From contig NC_068996.1 of NCBI RefSeq assembly GCF_001194135.2, forward strand, positions 3,504,681 through 3,560,113: DNA of 55,433 nt. Direction: 5' to 3'. The position numbers and the translations under genes were made by a program. Below, piece after piece: positions 48,501-55,433 of the stretch. Below the pieces are notes generated by a model. It was given only the letters and a program-made list of their open reading frames with translations, did not search any database and had not been told where the DNA came from. The DNA comes from Octopus bimaculoides. Its lineage: Eukaryota. Numbering within the stretch: position 1 is the first letter of the stretch; every line of letters starts with the position of its first letter.

Positions 48501-49713
48501 TCGTCGGCTACACAGTAAAAAAAATTGTGATCTGCATGGTTAGGTTAGATAAGGTTTTGTAGGCAGGGACCAGGTTACTGGGAACTGAACATATTAATCC
48601 CGGTGCGTGAAGCTTACAAAGCCTGGATTAGCGAATTAGCGATGGAGGCGTATTCCTGGCATCAGATAAACTGTATAAGCATAGAAGTACTGTCAGTTGG
48701 ACCTGCTCGAGATACGCTCAGAGCGGCGAGGAAACTCTTCTGCATATCCTTGTTTACTCACTGAACATTGCTGACTTGTGGAAGGATTTTGGATACCTGC
48801 TGTTACGGATAAGGATTTCAGCTGAGTCCATCATCAGGATTGTTCCGCCACGTTCCTTTGCAGTTTCCATCTGTCTGGTGGCTTTTACGAAAGAGGTTGT
48901 GTTGTGAACTACGCTGTAAAGAATGAAAACAAAATCATTCGTTTTTTATTAATCTCTCATCAGCTTTGAAAGTTTTTTTCTTGAAAAGAAAGCTGATGTT
49001 GGAGAGAGAGACATGTCTTTCAGCAAATCTTTGAAAGATGGATGTGAATAGCAAGGGCGGTCTGCGTGACCGGACCTGTTCTGAGCTTGCACCTGTAACT
49101 GGCGGAGGAATATGGGAAATGACCACTGCTATATTGGTCAGAGTGACTGTTCTTTAGGGCCTTCACGAGCAGACCAAGAAATCTCTCCACTTGTGGAGAA
49201 TTACATCCTGTTTGGATCTTTTGATCTTTTCTTTTCGTTAATTTATTGTATTGAATTGGTGTATAAACATCCTCAGTTCTTTAGTAAACCCTTACTGGCT
49301 AAGAAAGTAATCATCATAAACCTCATTAGGAAGGACAACTTTACCTTTCATCTTTTTTGGATCACTAAAATAAAATACTAGTCAAGAACGGGCCAAGTTA
49401 ATTGACTTACCCCACCCTTGAAAACTGCTGTCCTTCTGTCAAAACCAGAAAGAATTATATTTATTTGCATTACTACTTTACTGAACCTTTCCATATCCTG
49501 AGTGGGATATAAGTTACAAGCCGTTTTCTCCCCATAAATGTTTTCTTTGAAATACTGAACAATAATGCACTTAAGCTGCTTTGCATATTGCTTTCCAGTT
49601 ATCTACCAGTTATCTATATGAGTGCATCAATCTGTATATGTATATTTGTGGGTGTAATTATACGAATGTTTGTGTATCTATTTATTTCCATGTGTGTGTA
49701 TCCTGCGTTAACT

Positions 49714-50576
49714 TGATCAATAAGTATCCGGACTGTTGCTGTAGTAAATAAGCTAAAGCACCATCGTCAAACCGCTTGGCACAGATTGACCTTGAATTCT
49801 GCTCTATATGTGCATCAAGTATTAATGTTCGAGCTCACTTCCACCTTTTACAGCAATGCTTGGAAGTAACATGTGTAGCATGTGTTCGTCGCATTGACCA
49901 TGGCAGAGAAAGTTGAGCAGAGAATTTGCATCAAATTTTGCCAAAGGCTTGGCAATACCTGTTCAGAGGCCTACTCAAAGTGTTCAACAAGTTTCCATCG
50001 TACTCAATATAATCAAAGAGATCGTGTGCAACTGAAACCCGAGTGTCTTTTTGGCCAGCTGAAAGTTGTTTTGGCACAAACTTGGCAAACACGCGTCTCA
50101 TACACAAATCTTCAGTGATAACGAATTGAATTGAACCGTAACCAATTCACTATCCTCTGATCACTCACGGATGGTGATTCGACGGTTTCCCCTCACAGCT
50201 GCATGGACATCTGTGATGTTTTTTCTCAGTTCTGCTGATTGTGGGTCTCCCAGAACGTTCTTCTTTCGGCCATCATGCAGACGTCTGAGCCACTCGTACA
50301 CTTGTGTGCGGCACATACACTCTTCTCCATACACTTTCTACAACTTTGCATAGGTGTCTGAGCAGGTATCACAATCACAACGTTGTCATGGTCACTTCGA
50401 CGATCACACGTTACACACCTTCTTTCCAAGTACTGCTGTAAACATCGGAAGGGAGCTACAACGTCAAAACTTAGTGCACATGCACAGCAGAGCTGAAGGT
50501 CAATCTGTGTGGAGCGGTTTTACTTTACGTGCTTCAACTTCATTACTATGGCAACTGTCCGAATACTTATTGATCA
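49714..50576. mobile_element. Mariner-derived element built from two inverted 5' ends
   Basis: TIRs TGATCAATAAGTATCCGGACTGTTGC / GCAACTGTCCGAATACTTATTGATCA. Plus strand MAEKVEQRICIKFCQRLGNTCSEAY; the minus strand also encodes a transposase N-terminus (DTCSDTYAKL, VYEWLRRL, GNRRITIRE, MRRVFAKFVPK). Confidence 0.8.
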
Positions 50577-53554
50577 GATCTCGAATACGTCATTGTAAAA
50601 AAAACTGCAAAAAGAAGAAAAGAGTGCTTTACAAACAATGTTTCTTGTATCGGTTTAGATATTCCTTCATCACTCTCAGAATAAACAATGTAAATAAATT
50701 AAAGTTACTGTTATGCAGATTAGGTAAACTGAAACGCTGTGACATTTGTTTTTCAGCTACGAAACTGGAAAAAAGTGCTTACGACTGAGAATTGAAACCC
50801 TGTCACAAAGTCAAGCTGGATCGACGAAAGCTTCAGCTGAATATCGTACCTAACTGCGTGTGTGCGTGTTTATGTCTGCTCAGGGATATGCGCAAATAGT
50901 AACATGTGTTTGTATAGTAGTCATTCATAGACAAATTATTTCTATGGTTACGTAAACGTATTCTGATTGTAAAGTGAGACTTCTACTAAAAAAGAAATAA
51001 CTTCTTTTAAGTGCCTGTTAAGAAGGCAGTATAAAGTTACTAAGAAATTTTTCATCAGTCAATGTAATCTCTTCTTTATCTACCCTATTCCTCAAGCGTT
51101 TCTTGTTACTAGAGTTCCCGAGTCAACCACTTTTTCACTACCTTCTCCCACCTGGCTTCAGGGCTTCAGGCTGTATATGTTGATGTGTTGTGAATATCGC
51201 AGGTGGGGTAGATTTGATGGATGCTAGTTTTCGTTCAGTAGACCCTTGCTTTTAGAGAAGAAATTTCAGCAACCAATAACGTGATTTTCGAGGGTTCGTT
51301 TCTTCTAACAGTCTATTCTTACAATTTGGTGACACTAGCATATTCTTAAATTTCGCCCAATGCCACTCAAAATCTATCCGGTTATCCGTCAGAATCTAGA
51401 TTGGAAGTTGGATTAAAGTTTAATGAAATTTCTCTATTTTCCTTTCTTCTTTCTTTTATTTTTTAATTCATTTATAGATTTTCCTTAGAGCAAACCCTTC
51501 CTTCATCACCTGTTTTAGATACAGATGTTACGTGTGTCTTGTATCAAGTCTAGAATCGGTTCGCAGTTCACACATAGCAGTTGTTATTTAGCTTAAGCTA
51601 GCTAGAATCAAGTAGATGTGTAATCAACATGTTTTGGCGAGGACTTAAATTTATTTATTCATTTTGTTTTTTAGGGACTAAATTGTCTATTCTATCCTTA
51701 TTTCGGATAAAAAGTCCTTAATGAAAGAAATATGTCTAACTACTATTTCAAATAAATCTGATAACCGCGTAGAAGCGTCTTCAGTGGCTCTATGTCTGCT
51801 AAGCGTAAGGTTTAAGGGTTTTATTCTTCTTTGAACCTTGGCCCACGTCTCATTCACCACCAAATATTGCCAAGGATTATTAGATATAATCTGAGAGGAT
51901 CCTCAACAACAGAAGCAATAGTAAATGCACATTTTATGGACCTTGAAGCGTAGTAATGATATTCTTTGGTGTAATGTAATGTCGTGTAGTGTATGGCATT
52001 CTACAGAACAAAGATTGTGTAGTAGAAACATTATGTTTTAAAATGAGTTGTACTGAGGAAGAACTGCGCATATTGATTTCTTGGAGTGTATGACAACTGG
52101 TGCTGCTAATGTTGTGTTTAAGCAACATTGATAAAACCAGGAAGAACTTTGCACGAGAAGATAAGTTTAAAATGTTGACATCCTGGGTAGGTTGGATCAG
52201 AATAAGTGCTAAGGGGGTCTCGAGTAGTGGAAAAGTCTCAGTAAGAAGGATGCATGAAAGTAAGAGAAAATAGTCAGGTCGGATTGGATAGAGGTAGTAG
52301 GTAATTTCTAAGTCCTGGAAGATAGAGACACGTTGCGGTATCCGTAAAATCTACAGAGTAAACTATATGCATATGGGTTAGTGTTTGAAAGGTATTATTG
52401 AATGCGTTTTTATCAACCAAATTACTTTCTTTCGGATATAATCTAGAATGTGTGTGTGTTGCCGCAGCCTTATTCCAGTTGTGAGAGCATTTTAATATCA
52501 GTCTCACTCGAGCTTGCTAGAAAGGTGGAAACTGAAGTTCGGAACCGAAGTATGTGTTTACTCTGAAGTGAGAGTTAAGGTTTTGTAATGCAATTCTTTC
52601 TACGCTATGAATAATGAACCTCGCCAAAATAGACGATCGATTGCAACTATGAAAGTTGAAAGACAAATGCTGCTCATAGGTAGGTAGCTTAACAAGAATA
52701 TTCTCGAATTATGCTCAGAGCAAGAAAATACTCCACTATCGACTATAGCTTTCAATTAAGATCATGGGAGAACCACAATGGTGTATAGCTCTCTCATCCT
52801 AGTTTCCCAAAGTTAGTGGAAATCATTTAAGCAAAGAACGAAAGAGCAGACTGAACATTATAAGACAGGTCTTTCAAACTGCAAAATACATGAGGTGTCT
52901 TTGCGTTTCGGATGGTAGTGGTAGAAGTAATAATACCCACCTCTACACAGATAGGGAAAGTGGAATGTTCTCTACGTTGTAGATCTTATTTTACACCCGT
53001 ACTGCTGCAATACAAACTTATCGATCATTTAGAGGATTTGGTGGTGGACCTTTTCATGCGATGTATAGAGAAAAAAACCGAAGTGTACGATGCGATAAGT
53101 CACTGATGATAAGTATAAATTAAACGTACATCAGATTTAGTACTAAGTTTATTTAACGTAAATCCAACTAAGGTAAATTCATGCACTATAAGTTTCAAGA
53201 GATGATGCATGATGCATAATACGTGGACAGATGATATTAGGCAGGGATAAGGCGATCTAATGTACGAAAAGACGATATAGGTTTTGTAACGGCTGAGGTT
53301 GGTAGTGAAAAAGTAAATTAGAGTGTTTGGCGTGTTTTTCTCTCCGTCAGAAAACAAGTGATATTATGTTGAGTGGCGTGCTTTGTTGATATTATATGAT
53401 GTGCTGTCTCATTGTGTGGTGTATAGTCTTATGGTAGTGACTACTTTGTGAAGTGAAATAAGCGGCATAACATTAATCTTTAGTTTAACAGAAAAAAATT
53501 GATAATAATTAAGTATTTGGATAGCATTCATAGTGATCTAATATTGAATTGTAA

Positions 53555-53790
53555 GGTGGCGAGCTGGCAGAAACGTTTGCGCGCCGGACAAAATGCTTAG
53601 CGTTATTTCGTCTGTCTTAATGCTTTGAGTTCAAATTCCGCCGAGGTCGACTTTGTCTTTCATTCTTTCGGGGTCAATTAAATAAGTACCAGTTACGCAC
53701 TGAGGTCGATCAAATCGACTTAATCCCTTTGTCTGTCCTTGTTTGTCCCCTCTGTGTTTAGCCCATGTGGGCAATAAAGAAGTAAATATT
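53555..53790 (+). mobile_element. SINE with Meta/MESC-like core, best-preserved copy
   Basis: GGTGGCGAGCTGGCAGAAACGTT...GAGTTCAAATTCCGCCGAGGTCGACTTTGTCTTTCATTCTTTCGGGGTCAATTAAATAAGTACCAG...AATAAAGAA. Confidence 0.8.
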
Positions 53791-54199
53791 GAATAGTAAT
53801 AAAAAAGAAAACGTTTAGAGGGAGTTGATTAAATCTTTCTATAAGCAAAGTAGCTTACGAAGGAATATTTAAGGTTAGAGGTCTGCAGTGAATGGAACTG
53901 AAACCGAACATCTCTATTAATAGCAGAGGAGAGAATGATGCCGAAACGACAGGCTATATAAATTCAGTGGTTAAACTATATAATAGAAAACTATTCCACT
54001 AGTTTAACTATGGAAGATTAATTAGTGGTTACGTAGTTAGAGATTTTAATTTGGTGTGTTAGGAGGTAATTCATTGTGCTACTATTTAGCCTTGTAAGTT
54101 GTTGATGAGTGACGTTCGTTGAATTTAATGTTATACAAACATACATACATGCATACACACATACATACACACACAAACTCACACACATATTTATATGTA

Positions 54200-54279
<80 letters not shown>

Positions 54280-54399
54280 AGTATATTAAGTATATGATTT
54301 AAGTTATTGAACGAAGTTCGACAAATTCAATCATATTTTTTCATCAATGGAGGAGATTAGATGTCAATATGATATAATATATAAAATATTTATTCAATT

Positions 54400-54479
54400 C
54401 GCTAGACGATCGTTTCGTACAGAAAGACAATGGATTATTCTTAAGAATCTGAATTGTCAAAGATTACTCATCAGTACCA
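54400..54479 (-). ncRNA. Type I hammerhead ribozyme motif with extended stem II
   Basis: GUGGUA-CUGAUGA-GUAA...GACAAU/AUUGUC helix...GUAC-GAAAC-GAUC-GUC-UAGCG. Canonical core, palindromic tetraloop and GUC triplet. Confidence 0.7.
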
Positions 54480-54711
54480 CAATAAGAAAAAATAAGAACT
54501 TAATAAAGACTTTAGAATTACATGGGTTATGTACTTTACTAATTTTTAATGTGTAATTGTTCTAGGAGTCATGTCTATTTAAAACACGAGTCGTGTTTTA
54601 AATTGATATGATTCCTAGAATAATTACACATTAAAAATTAGGAAGAACACAATACCCATGTAATTATTAAGTTCACCTTTATCTTCATTAACTTCTTATT
54701 TTGTCTTATTG

Positions 54712-54791
54712 TTCTGCTGATGAGTACTCTTTAAGAACTTAGATACTTAAAATGAATTTATTGTCTTTCTGTACGAAACGATCGTGTAGCG
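54712..54791 (+). ncRNA. Type I hammerhead motif, probably inactive (GUG triplet)
   Basis: CUGAUGA (54717-54723)-GUAC...GUAC (54771-54774)-GAAAC-GAUC-GUG-UAGCG. Confidence 0.6.
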
Positions 54792-54828
54792 AATTGAATA
54801 AATATTTTATCCCATATTAACATCTAAT

Positions 54829-55140
54829 GTGAGACGAGGAGATATTGATAAATCGGGTATAGCTGATCATGTATGGAGAAATGGAGACCCTCTCCCCAGT
54901 GGGAAGAAGTTAAAATAATAGACAGAGAACAACACTGGAAAATACGAAACTAAAGAAGCAAAACATAGGCTAGGACACAACAACCTCCTAAGCAGACTGA
55001 GTGCAGATATGAGCAGCATATGGGAACCGGTATCAAGATAGGAAAATATTAGATTTATAAGCCCTAAAATTCACTCCATGATTGCCCACGGGCATACGGC
55101 GTAGGAGTTAACAGCGAGTTCGATTCCAGGTATCGACCTG
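54829..55140 (+). mobile_element. 5'-truncated PLE GIY-YIG fragment, same family as 43015-43330
   Basis: Nucleotide match to 43015-43330 (GAGATATTGATAAATCGG...GATCATGTATGG...GGACACAACAACCTCCTAAGCAGA); ends in (GAA)n. Confidence 0.85.
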
Positions 55141-55192
55141 AAGAAGAAGAAGAAGAAGAAGAAGAAGAAGAAGAAGAAGAAGNNNNNNNNNN

Positions 55193-55433
55193 AGATATTG
55201 ATAAATCGGGTATAGCTGATCATGTATGGAGAAATGGAGACCCTCTCCCCAGTGGGAAGAAGTTAAAATAATAGACAGAGAACAACACTGGAAAATACGA
55301 AACTAAAGAAGCAAAACATAGGCTAGGACACAACAACCTCCTAAGCAGACTGAGTGCAGATATGAGCAGCATATGGGAACCGGTATCAAGATAGGAAAAT
55401 ATTAGATTTATAAGCCCTAAAATTCACTCCATG
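55193..55433 (+). other. Apparently exact duplicate of ~54839-55079 across a 10-N gap (probable assembly overlap)
   Basis: Identical by eye; separated by (GAA)n and 10 Ns. Confidence 0.7.

Larger units (their letters stand above)
54357..54828. mobile_element. ~470-bp palindromic non-coding element with a hammerhead motif in each arm
   Basis: The left arm is an imperfect reverse complement of the right arm about a centre near 54590. HHRs at 54400-54479 (-) and 54712-54791 (+). Confidence 0.8.

Noticed and set aside
48520-49130. GC-richer stretch, probably retroelement-derived
   Set aside because: No motif could be assigned with confidence in any frame.
53103-53130. CTGATGA occurrences (also 1063, 45206, 45593)
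   Set aside because: No pairing stem II or downstream GAAA-stem III-NUH; expected by chance.

Overview
Eukaryotic, AT-rich, repeat-saturated scaffold segment with many N gaps (e.g. 3083-3969, 7744-8583, 15539-15963, 17401-18028, 37415-38078). The SINE families and the microsatellite load point to an octopus or other coleoid cephalopod genome (inference; no search run). I found no intact host protein-coding gene; the window looks intronic or intergenic. Recognisable content is decayed mobile DNA: DD37D (maT) and DD34D (mariner) remnants; Penelope-like elements (PLEs) of three kinds (Naiad-like, Neptune-like, Penelope/Poseidon-like); two same-strand clusters of R4/Dong non-LTR retrotransposons beside trinucleotide microsatellites; Tx1 LINE fragments; an I/Vingi-like RT fragment; a decayed Ty3/Gypsy element; three tRNA-derived SINE types; and a Merlin-like MITE with a central telomeric-repeat palindrome. 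The most notable signal is a recurring set of short non-coding inverted-repeat (foldback) elements carrying hammerhead ribozyme (HHR) motifs. Two have an HHR on each strand in opposite arms (33284-33585, 54357-54828) and two have one HHR in the spacer between inverted repeats (646-1257, 8644-8920). All family calls come from hand-recognised motifs and need database confirmation.
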